NCBI GenBank assembly: GCA_036274315.1
Contig: DASUFY010000074.1
Location: 698 to 64,697 of the forward strand
Length of the DNA: 64,000 bases
Reading direction: 5' to 3'
From: Planctomycetota bacterium
Lineage (GTDB): Bacteria; Planctomycetota; UBA1135; UBA2386
The notes beneath the pieces were generated by a model. The model worked only from the letters and a program-made list of their open reading frames with translations, had not been told where the DNA came from and made no database searches. Positions within the stretch are counted from its first letter, which is position 1, and every line of letters starts with the position of its first letter. Positions 8,575 through 16,176 of the stretch are shown one piece after another. Made by a program: the position numbers and the translations under genes.

Positions 8575-9942
8575 ATGATCCGGCGATCGAGGTGCCCCAT
8601 GCGCGTGCTGCTCTGTGCGACTCTCTTGACCCACTCCATCGCGGCCCAGGTCGGCATCTGGGCTGCCGCGCCCGCGACCGTGATGCCGCCGCACCAAGAA
8701 CAGCAGCTCGTCTTCGATCCGGTGCGGCAGGTCATCAGCATGGTCGGCGGGCAGACGATCGGCAACAACTCGTCCCCGTTGGCCCTGTGGGACTACGTCG
8801 GCGGCACGTGGGTGGACCGCACGCCCTCCGGCGCGCCGGTCGTCGAAGGCGTGCGCGCGACGTTCCACGGTGGGCTCGGCAAGGTCGTCGCGCTCGTCGA
8901 ACGAAGCCAGAGCTTCCTCGAGCTGTACGCCTGGACCGGTTCGACCTGGAGCCTGCTGCCGGGCGCGCCGCCGCTGTTGCGCACGCGCTTCGGGTTCACG
9001 TACGACGCGATGCGCGACCGGCTCGTCGTGTTCGGCGGGATCCGCGCTGGTCAGGTCGTGTCCGAGACCTGGGAGTGGGACGGCGCTGTCTGGCAGCAGC
9101 TGTCGTCAGGCGGACCGCCCGGGAGGATCGATCCCGCGATGCAGTTCGACAGCGTGCGCCACGTGTGCGTCCTGTTCGGCGGCAATCGCGAACCGTCGAC
9201 GCTGAACTACGGCGACACCTGGGAATGGAACGGTTTCTACTGGCTCGAGCACTTCGGCATCCCGGGCCCGTCGCCGCGCACCCGGGCGATGTCGACGTTC
9301 GACCAGGACCGCGGCCGCATGGTCCTCTATGGCGGCGTCGCCGCGGCCAATCCGACAGACACGTGGGAGTGGGACGGCTCGGTATGGGCGCAGATGCAGA
9401 CGACCATGAATCCCGGTCACGTCATCGGCGCGATGGCGTACGACCCGACCACCGCCAGTGTGCTGCTGCTGTGGCAGAATGGGACCTGGCAATACGCGCC
9501 CGTGCCGCCGGCACCTTCCACGTTCACCGCGTTCGGCGACGGTTGCGGCGGCACGCTGGGTGTGCCGGTGCTGGCGGCCGCGGGCACGTCTCTGCCGATG
9601 CTTGGCACGACGTTCCATGCCGAACTGACCAACATTCCCGGGTCGGTGTTCAACGTGCCGATCGGCTTCGCCGCTTTCGACGCGACGACGTGGAACGGGG
9701 TGCCGCTGCCGATTCCGCTCGATCCGTTGGGCTTCACGGGCTGCGAGGTGTGGATCGCGCCCGCCGTCTCGCAGCCGCTACCGAACAACGCCGGCGTCGC
9801 CCCGTGGGACATCGCGATCCCGCTCCACTTCAACCTGGTCGGGCTCGATCTCTACCTCCAAGGTGCGGTGCTGGCACCGGGCGCCAACCCGGGCGGCTTC
9901 CTGTTCAGCAACGCGGGCCACGTCGTCGTCGGCACACCGTAG
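8575..9942 (+). CDS. secreted Kelch-repeat beta-propeller protein with the recurrent C-terminal module (455 aa)
   Basis: ATG 8575 (alternative 8599) gives the signal MRVLLCATLLTHSIAAQ. The propeller signature repeats: LALWDYVGGTW, ETWEWDGAVWQQL, DTWEWNGFYWLEH, DTWEWDGSVWAQM. The tail is FGDGCGG...IPLDPLGFTGCEVWI...YLQGAVLAPGANPGGFLFSNAGHVVVGTP. Confidence 0.85.
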   Translation: MIRRSRCPMRVLLCATLLTHSIAAQVGIWAAAPATVMPPHQEQQLVFDPVRQVISMVGGQTIGNNSSPLALWDYVGGTWVDRTPSGAPVVEGVRATFHGGLGKVVALVERSQSFLELYAWTGSTWSLLPGAPPLLRTRFGFTYDAMRDRLVVFGGIRAGQVVSETWEWDGAVWQQLSSGGPPGRIDPAMQFDSVRHVCVLFGGNREPSTLNYGDTWEWNGFYWLEHFGIPGPSPRTRAMSTFDQDRGRMVLYGGVAAANPTDTWEWDGSVWAQMQTTMNPGHVIGAMAYDPTTASVLLLWQNGTWQYAPVPPAPSTFTAFGDGCGGTLGVPVLAAAGTSLPMLGTTFHAELTNIPGSVFNVPIGFAAFDATTWNGVPLPIPLDPLGFTGCEVWIAPAVSQPLPNNAGVAPWDIAIPLHFNLVGLDLYLQGAVLAPGANPGGFLFSNAGHVVVGTP

Positions 9943-9977
9943 GTCGCGGCGAGGACCGCGGTGGCGATCGAGCGGTC

Positions 9978-10376
9978 TCAACTGTCGACGCGCACGTGCA
10001 GGTAGAGCAGCACGTCCGCGATGCCATCGCCCTCGGGGATGATGGGGTAGTTCAGGGCCGCGGTCGGCCCGTAGTCCCACTTGCCCGTGTTCTGGTTGTA
10101 GCGGGATGTCGAGCGACGCGTCTCGTCGATGTCGACCTTGTTGTCCGCCTCCCAGCGCTTGAATGCAGCGGTCTTGGCGAAGGTCGTGAAGTGGTCGTGC
10201 AGGATCTCCGTTTGCAGGATGAGATCGGAATCGCCGTCGACCTCGGCCTTGGTGTCCAGTGCGAAGAGTCTGGTGTACTTCGCAGCCGGCGGATCCAGGA
10301 GATCGAAGGTCATCGTCTTGTTCTTGGCGACGACTCTGCGTTCGTAGATTTCGTAAACGACAGGGATCTTGGGCAT
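9978..10376 (-). CDS. hypothetical protein (132 aa), last gene of the sigma/kinase operon
   Basis: ORF 9978..10652 was trimmed to ATG 10376 (MPKIPVVYEIYERRVVAKNK...). A GAGG motif sits 8 nt upstream and overlaps the TAG of the preceding gene (5-nt gap). The protein is acidic and soluble-looking, with no Cys and no signal peptide. GC is visibly lower than in the neighbours. No family recognised. Confidence 0.7.
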   Translation of the reverse strand: MPKIPVVYEIYERRVVAKNKTMTFDLLDPPAAKYTRLFALDTKAEVDGDSDLILQTEILHDHFTTFAKTAAFKRWEADNKVDIDETRRSTSRYNQNTGKWDYGPTAALNYPIIPEGDGIADVLLYLHVRVDS

Positions 10377-10381
10377 GGCCT

Positions 10382-11245
10382 CTACCTCAGGACAAAGGAC
10401 TCGGGAATGCCAGGCTTCGGGGGTACGGGCTTCTCGGGTGCAGCCCCCGTGGGTGGAGTTGGCGGTTCGAATTGAGGCTTCTCCGCGCGGTCGCGCAGCG
10501 CCGCCGCCACGCCGACCGAGAACGTCGCGATCGTGAAGATCGGTCTGCGCTTCTCGTAGGTGGCGAACAGCTCGCGCCAGTACGTGTTGCCGGCGCGGAA
10601 GAAGTGGTTCGAGTAGGCGCTCTCGAGGCGGCTCCTGCCGTTCCAGTAGCAACTCGGGAAGATCTCGGCCATGCAGACGAAGGTCGGCAGCAGCCCGAGC
10701 CAGAAGGCCCGCTTGCCGTTGACGTTCCAGGCGGCGAAGTAGAGTGCCGCTTCGGCGAACGAGAAGAACTGCACGCCGTCGGGAATGCCCGCGCTCGCCA
10801 GGTCGTCCTTCGGGGTCGCACCGGTCAGCGTCATCTCGCCGCAGGTGAACGCGCCGAGGATCTCGGTGAACTCGACGTGTGCGCGGTCGCGTTGGCGCAG
10901 GAAGCCCTGCTCGAGCAGCCCTCGCACGTGCTTTTCAACGATGGCAGCTGCCTCCAGCCAACGCTCGTCTTCGGCGGGCAGGCAGAAGGGCTGGCCGCGC
11001 AGGGCGGCGGCCGCGCGGCGCGTCGTGCGGAAGGACAGGTGATTGCGCAGGAAGTCGATGGCGTCGCCGGCGTCCCTGGCCTTCGCGCCGCTCGGGAGCG
11101 GCTTGTCGCCCATTCCCCAGAGCACCTCGGGATCGGTCATCTTGTCGAAGTGGGCCAGCGCGAGCATGCGCCGTCGGCGCACGGGATCCTTCTCCTTCCT
11201 GGTGAGTTCGCGGCGGCGGTCGTGATAGGGCTGAACAGTGGTCAT
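10382..11245 (-). CDS. hypothetical protein (287 aa) with a Pro-rich C-terminal tail
   Basis: ATG 11245 has GAGG 5 nt upstream, overlapping the kinase TGA (6-nt gap). The composition is protein-like (FFSFAEAALYFAAWNVNGKRAFWLGLLPTFVCMAEIFPSCYWNGRSRLESAYSNHFFRAGNTYWRELF). A late hydrophobic stretch IFTIATFSVGVAAAL is followed by the tail PQFEPPTPPTGAAPEKPVPPKPGIP. No family recognised. Confidence 0.7.
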   Translation of the reverse strand: MTTVQPYHDRRRELTRKEKDPVRRRRMLALAHFDKMTDPEVLWGMGDKPLPSGAKARDAGDAIDFLRNHLSFRTTRRAAAALRGQPFCLPAEDERWLEAAAIVEKHVRGLLEQGFLRQRDRAHVEFTEILGAFTCGEMTLTGATPKDDLASAGIPDGVQFFSFAEAALYFAAWNVNGKRAFWLGLLPTFVCMAEIFPSCYWNGRSRLESAYSNHFFRAGNTYWRELFATYEKRRPIFTIATFSVGVAAALRDRAEKPQFEPPTPPTGAAPEKPVPPKPGIPESFVLR

Positions 11246-11251
11246 GGAACC

Positions 11252-13819
11252 TCAGGGTTGGTCGCTGCGCGCGCAGCGGAAGCCGCAGGCGCAGCGCACG
11301 TGGTCGTGGATGCCATCGGTGCGCACGTTGAACGGCAGGCCCCGCTTGCGCGTGTCCCACCAGGTCCCTCCTTGGATGAACCGTTCGTTCGCCCAGTAGC
11401 GCAGACTGTCGCCGGTGCGGCTGACCCCGACGCTCTCGACCCACTCCTCGACGTTGCCGAGCATGTGGTGCACGCCTTCGGGCGTCGCGGCGTCGGGCAT
11501 CGAGCGCACGGGGGTCGCGAGCCGGACGAAGGCGCTGACCTGTGCCGGCCAGCCGAGGTCGGCCGCGTGCGGATCCTCGCGCTCGAGTGCGCCGCGAACC
11601 TCCGCGTCCTCGGTGGGGGCATACGGCAGCCAGCGATTCTGTTTGCCCCTCGCCGCCCACAGCCACTCGGCGCGCGTCGGCAAGCGCTTGCCGCGCCATT
11701 CCGCATAGGCGCGCGCATCCTCCCAGCTGACGAACACGGCCGGCAACTCCGCGACCTCGGGATGCTCGCTGGCGTGCGCGTCGAGCAGCGACCACGCCAC
11801 GTTCATCGGCCGTTGCGTGCGCTGCACGAACTCGCGGAACTCGCCGATGCTGACCTCGTACCGATCGAGCCAGAACGCGGCCACCGTCGCGACCCGGCCA
11901 CTGCCCGGTCCGGGCGGCGCCAGCGGTTCGGGCTGCAGCAGGTCGCCGCCCTGGATGCGGACCATGTCCGAGCCCGGTTCGGTCGGGCTCGCCGTGCCCG
12001 CGACCACGCACTGCACGACGTGGTTCCAGCGGCCGACGTCGAGCATCCGGGTCAGCTCTCGCAGGCCGCCTGGCAGGTGGAACTGCAAGCGCCAGTAGCC
12101 GGCTGGCAACGCGTGCTGCTCGACCGGCAACGCGCCGAGTTCCACGGTTGGACCGAGCTCGTCGGTGAAGGGGTCGATCCTGCGGGCGGTCGCCGTGCCG
12201 GCGAGCGCGGCGTCGTCGGGGCCGCGCGCGGTCAGCGACACGCGCGCATCGAAGGGCCGGTCCGGAAACGCAGTCTGCACTTCGCGGTCGGTCGGGAACA
12301 GGTGGCGCGCGCGCCCGAGCCGGTGGGTGCTCTCGAACAAGGTCTGGAAGCGCGCCGGATCGTCCGCCACTTCGTCGGTGGGGTTGGTGGCCGAGTGCAA
12401 CAGCGCAAGCCCGCTCTGCAACAGGTCGCGGCGCATTGAGTCGAAGCGCGCGGCCGCCCGATGGACCGGACTCGAGTCGAGCAAGTCGGGGTCTCGCATC
12501 GCCTGCTCGAGTTGCTCGAGCCCGGCCTGCAGTTCGCGATCCGTCAGCGGTTGCCAGTCGGCGATCGCCAGCAGTCGTTCGAGCGCGGCCACGGTCTGTC
12601 GCCGGCCTTGGGCTCGCGTCACCGAACTCGTGGCGAAGCTCGCGCCGGTGGCCGCGACCAGGACCAGCGCGGCGGCACTCAGCGGGCGCCAATGCCGCCG
12701 GCTCCAGTTCTGGAGTCGGCGCCAGACCGGAGTCGGTCGCGCGTGGATGGCGTCGTGCGCGAGGAAGCGCTCGAGGTCGTCGCGCAGCGCCGCCGCGGTC
12801 GGGTATCGATCGGCGACGTCCTTCGCCATCGCCACGCTGCAGATCGTCTCCAGATCGCGCGGTACGCGCTTGTTCCGCTTGCGCACCGGCGGTGCCACAC
12901 TCTGCTGGATCTGGCTGAGGACCTCGTGGTCCGTCAGGCCCTCGAACGGCCGCGTCAGCGTCAGCAGCTCGTAGAGCACCACACCGAGCGAGTACACGTC
13001 CGTGCGATGATCGACGCGATCCTTGCCGCGGAGGCGGGCCTGCTCGGGGCTCATGTAGTAGAGCGAGCCCGGCGCCTCACCGGTGCGCGTGAGCGTGCCG
13101 TAGCGCGCGGTCCGGGCGATGCCGAAGTCGGCCACCTTGACGTGACAGTGGCGGTCGAGCAGCAGGTTCTGCGGCTTGACGTCGCGGTGCACGATGCCGG
13201 CCCGATGGGCGCAGTCGAGTGCGTCGGCCGCATCGGCGCAGATGCGGGCGACGGCCGTGACGTAGCCCGAGTTCGCGAAGGCCGGCAGCAGCGGCGCGGG
13301 ATCGTTCGGCAAACGATCTCTCTGCAGGTCGATCTCGCGCCCCATGTCGTGGCCGTCCACGTACTCCATCGCGAACCAGTGCGTGGCGCCCTCGCTGCCG
13401 TCGGTGAAGACCTGCACGATGTGCGGATGGTTCAACTGCGCGGCGGCGCGCGGCTCGCGGTGGAAGCGCTCGATCTGGCGCTCGGAAGTCGCCAGCGACT
13501 CCGTCAGCACCTTGAGCGCGACCTTGCGGTCGAGCGACCGCTGCGTCGCCAGGTACACGGGCAGGTTGCCGCGCCCCAGTTCGCGTTCGATCACGAAGTC
13601 CTGCAGGCCCGGCGGCTCGGCCTTGGCCGCCGCGGCATGCAGGTCCACGGGCCTCAGGAAGTCGTCGCTGGGATTGGCCGCGAGCAGCGCCATCGCCTCG
13701 GCCCGCATGGCCGCGTCCTCGCCGCAAGCGTCCGCGACGAACGCCGCGCGTTGCTCGACCGGCAGGCCAAGGGCCTGGCCGATGATCTCCTGCATGCGTT
13801 GGAAGCGTGGATCGCTCAC
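11252..13819 (-). CDS. Ser/Thr protein kinase, single TM, with a C-terminal FGE-sulfatase (SUMF1-like) ectodomain
   Basis: GTG 13819 overlaps the sigma gene's TGA (GTGA); the alternative start is ATG 13795. Kinase motifs are ALKVL, HRDVKPQNLLL, DFGIAR and SPEQ. The TM segment is LSAAALVLVAATGASFA. The C-terminus carries FGE-type blocks FWLDRYEVSIGEFREFV, VSWEDARAYAEWRGKRLPTRAEW, HMLGNVEEWV and CGFRCA. Confidence 0.9.
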   Translation of the reverse strand: MSDPRFQRMQEIIGQALGLPVEQRAAFVADACGEDAAMRAEAMALLAANPSDDFLRPVDLHAAAAKAEPPGLQDFVIERELGRGNLPVYLATQRSLDRKVALKVLTESLATSERQIERFHREPRAAAQLNHPHIVQVFTDGSEGATHWFAMEYVDGHDMGREIDLQRDRLPNDPAPLLPAFANSGYVTAVARICADAADALDCAHRAGIVHRDVKPQNLLLDRHCHVKVADFGIARTARYGTLTRTGEAPGSLYYMSPEQARLRGKDRVDHRTDVYSLGVVLYELLTLTRPFEGLTDHEVLSQIQQSVAPPVRKRNKRVPRDLETICSVAMAKDVADRYPTAAALRDDLERFLAHDAIHARPTPVWRRLQNWSRRHWRPLSAAALVLVAATGASFATSSVTRAQGRRQTVAALERLLAIADWQPLTDRELQAGLEQLEQAMRDPDLLDSSPVHRAAARFDSMRRDLLQSGLALLHSATNPTDEVADDPARFQTLFESTHRLGRARHLFPTDREVQTAFPDRPFDARVSLTARGPDDAALAGTATARRIDPFTDELGPTVELGALPVEQHALPAGYWRLQFHLPGGLRELTRMLDVGRWNHVVQCVVAGTASPTEPGSDMVRIQGGDLLQPEPLAPPGPGSGRVATVAAFWLDRYEVSIGEFREFVQRTQRPMNVAWSLLDAHASEHPEVAELPAVFVSWEDARAYAEWRGKRLPTRAEWLWAARGKQNRWLPYAPTEDAEVRGALEREDPHAADLGWPAQVSAFVRLATPVRSMPDAATPEGVHHMLGNVEEWVESVGVSRTGDSLRYWANERFIQGGTWWDTRKRGLPFNVRTDGIHDHVRCACGFRCARSDQP

Positions 13820-14412
13820 GACAGTTCGCGCTTGAGCCACGCGCGCGCCGCGCGCAGTCGGCGTTCGGTGGTGCTCACGCTGAGTTCGAGGTTGTGCGCG
13901 CACTGCGTGACCGTCAGGCCGAGGAAGAAGTGCAGATCGACGATCTGCGCGCCTTCGTGGTCCAGCGCGTAGAGCCGCTCGAGCGACTCGTGCAGCGCGA
14001 CGCAGTCGCTGCCGTCGGTGTGACGTTGCACGGCGTCGGCGACCTCGTCGAGATAGAGCCGCCGGCCCGGCGGCCGGCGTTTCCCGGAGTGCTTGCGCCG
14101 GATGTGATCGACGAGGATCTGGCGCATGGCGCGGGCGGCGACGCGCAGGAAGTGCTCGTGGTTGTTCCAGACCTTGCCCTCGGCGCCGCACAGCTTGATC
14201 CACGCCTCGTGCACGAGCGCCGTCGGCTGCATCGTCGCGGGCCGTCCGCGGGCAACGAGACAGCCGGCGATTGTCCGCAGCTCCAGGTAGATGTCGTGGA
14301 ACAACTCCGCCTGACGGTCGGGGTCGCCAGCTCGCGGGTCGAAGGCACCCGGATCAGGGTCGTGCGTCGGCATCGGCTGGCGTCTCCGGGCGGCCAAGCA
14401 GGCAACGGTCAT
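13816..14412 (-). CDS. ECF sigma factor of the kinase-associated type (Sigma70_ECF / TIGR02999-like; ECF43-like)
   Basis: LFHDIYLELRTIAGCLVARGRPATMQPTALVHEAWIKL...WNNHEHFLRVAARAMRQILVDHIRRKHSGKR matches my memory of this family. Region 4 is IVDLHFFLGLTVTQCAHNLELSVSTTERRLRAARAWL. The start may be ATG 14412 or ATG 14373 (GGAG lies 10 nt upstream of the latter). Confidence 0.9.
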   Translation of the reverse strand: MTVACLAARRRQPMPTHDPDPGAFDPRAGDPDRQAELFHDIYLELRTIAGCLVARGRPATMQPTALVHEAWIKLCGAEGKVWNNHEHFLRVAARAMRQILVDHIRRKHSGKRRPPGRRLYLDEVADAVQRHTDGSDCVALHESLERLYALDHEGAQIVDLHFFLGLTVTQCAHNLELSVSTTERRLRAARAWLKRELS

Positions 14413-14460
14413 TGTAGTCAGCGAGTCTCCTCGACGCAGTTTCGGATGGTGGAAATGACC

Positions 14461-14486
14461 CGCGGTGCGGCGGTTACCGCACCGCG
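14461..14486 (-). terminator. perfect 10-bp inverted repeat (CGCGGTGCGG-N6-CCGCACCGCG) between the MBOAT gene end and the sigma gene
   Basis: The repeat is read directly from the sequence. It lies about 170 nt downstream of the MBOAT stop, and only a weak T-tract (TCATTTCC) follows on the minus strand. It may be a terminator or an operator; function is unproven. Confidence 0.25.
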
Positions 14487-14654
14487 GGCCGTCTTCCTCG
14501 CCTGTTTCCCGCGGGAGAACGCAAACGACCCGACCAGTCCGTCAGGTTTCTTCGGGTCGTCGGTCCGGCGCGCCGCCACGGTGCCACGGTGCGCGATCGC
14601 CGCGGCCGCGATACCGCGACGCTGCATTCACGAGAACGCGCGGGGCAACCTCGC

Positions 14655-16094
14655 TCAGAAACGGAAGTAGATGAACGGATTGTAGGAGGAGTTCACGACG
14701 GCGAGGCAGCCGATCACGAGACCGAGCCAGACCACGACGGCGAACACCGGTGCGCCGAGCCGTGTGCGCGCCCAGGCGAGGAACCGCTGTTCGAGGGCCA
14801 GGTAGCGCTGCGACCAGGGCAGGAACGCGACGAGCGCGGCGACCGCGAACAGGACCAACGTGTACGTGTCGAGCGGGACGAGCGAGTTGAGGCTCGGTTC
14901 GGTCCAGTCCGGTCCGCTGCCGCGGAACATGCGGGCGAGGAAGCTGCCGGCGTGGGTGAGGTCCCTCGTGTTGAAGATCACCCAGCTCACCAGCACCAGG
15001 AACACCATCATCGGGCGCAGCACCAGAGCGGGCAGTCGCGCGGCGATGCGTTGCCAACCCAGCTTGTCGACCGTGAGGAAGACGCCCTGGTAGGCGCCCC
15101 AGACGACGAAGTTCCACGCGGCGCCGTGCCAGAACCCGGAGATCAGGAACACGACCCAGAGGTTCAGATAGCCTCGCAGCGTGCCGACGCGGTTGCCGCC
15201 CAGCGGGATGTAGATGTACTCCCGCATGAAGTTCGACAGCGAGATGTGCCAGCGACGCCAGAACTCGGTGAACGTGCGTGCGACGTAGGGGCGGTCGAAG
15301 TTCTCGAGGAACTCGAACCCCATCATGCGGCCGAGGCCGATCGCCATGTCCGAGTAGCCGGAGAAGTCGAAGTAGATCTGGAAGTAGTAGGCGAAGGCCG
15401 CCATCCACGCGAAGCCCTGGGAAACGACCCCGATCGGGCGGTTGAAGACCGGATCGCAGACGGCCGCCATGCCGTTGGCGAGCAGCGCCTTCTTGCACAG
15501 CCCGAGCACGAACCGTTCGACGCCGCGCCAGAACCGGTCCGCGGTGTGTTGGCGGCTGCGGATCTGGAGATCGACGTCGTGGTAGCGCACGATCGGCCCG
15601 GCGATCAGCTGCGGGAACAACACGACGTACAGCAGGCAGTCGGCGAAGCTGCGCGCCGGTTGCGCGGTTCCGCGGTAGACGTCGATGACGTAGCTGAGCT
15701 TCTGGAACGTGAAGAAGCTGATGCCGATGGGCAGCGCGACCGCGGTCCAGGTCAGCTCGCGATGGCCCATCGATGCGAGCGCCGAGTCGAGTTGCGCGAC
15801 GAAGAAGTTCGCGTACTTGAAGTAGCTGAGCACGCCGATGTTGCCGACGACGCTCAACCAGACCCAGAGTTTGCGTCGTCGCCCGTGCGGGCTGCGGACG
15901 ACCGCGTGCGACAGCAGGTAGTCGACGAGAGTGCCGCCGAGCAGCACGTAGACGAACTCCGGTGCTCCCCAGGCGTAGAACGCGAGCGAGGCGAACAGGG
16001 CGACCGCGTTCTTCGCGACCCGCGGCGCCAGGTGGTACAGGACCAGGAACGCCGGCAGGAAGTAGAAGAGGAAGAGGCTCGAGGTGAAGACCAC
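14655..16094 (-). CDS. MBOAT family O-acyltransferase (AlgI/DltB-like), 479 aa
   Basis: ORF 14655..16454 was trimmed to GTG 16094 (VVFTSSLFLFYFLP, a typical MBOAT N-terminus). Family blocks are ISFFTFQKLSYVIDVYRG, FPQLIAGPIVRY, FWRRWHISLSNFMREYIYIPLGGNR and SGFWHGAAWNFVVWG, the last containing the conserved His. Confidence 0.9.
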   Translation of the reverse strand: MVFTSSLFLFYFLPAFLVLYHLAPRVAKNAVALFASLAFYAWGAPEFVYVLLGGTLVDYLLSHAVVRSPHGRRRKLWVWLSVVGNIGVLSYFKYANFFVAQLDSALASMGHRELTWTAVALPIGISFFTFQKLSYVIDVYRGTAQPARSFADCLLYVVLFPQLIAGPIVRYHDVDLQIRSRQHTADRFWRGVERFVLGLCKKALLANGMAAVCDPVFNRPIGVVSQGFAWMAAFAYYFQIYFDFSGYSDMAIGLGRMMGFEFLENFDRPYVARTFTEFWRRWHISLSNFMREYIYIPLGGNRVGTLRGYLNLWVVFLISGFWHGAAWNFVVWGAYQGVFLTVDKLGWQRIAARLPALVLRPMMVFLVLVSWVIFNTRDLTHAGSFLARMFRGSGPDWTEPSLNSLVPLDTYTLVLFAVAALVAFLPWSQRYLALEQRFLAWARTRLGAPVFAVVVWLGLVIGCLAVVNSSYNPFIYFRF

Positions 16095-16176
16095 GGACGA
16101 GGGCGAGGCGCGCGGCGACTGGTCGTACCGCGGGCGTTGTGTTCTACTGAGCAGGCGCGTTCTGCACCATCGCCCG

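Noticed and set aside
8516-8578. A second possible UGA read-through, at the TGA ending the stub ORF 8282..8518.
   Set aside because: Read-through gives ARARPEGGVRSLPRRRATV and another stop. There is no conserved fold context, no Cys-equivalent position and no suitable hairpin, so it is treated as a genuine truncation.
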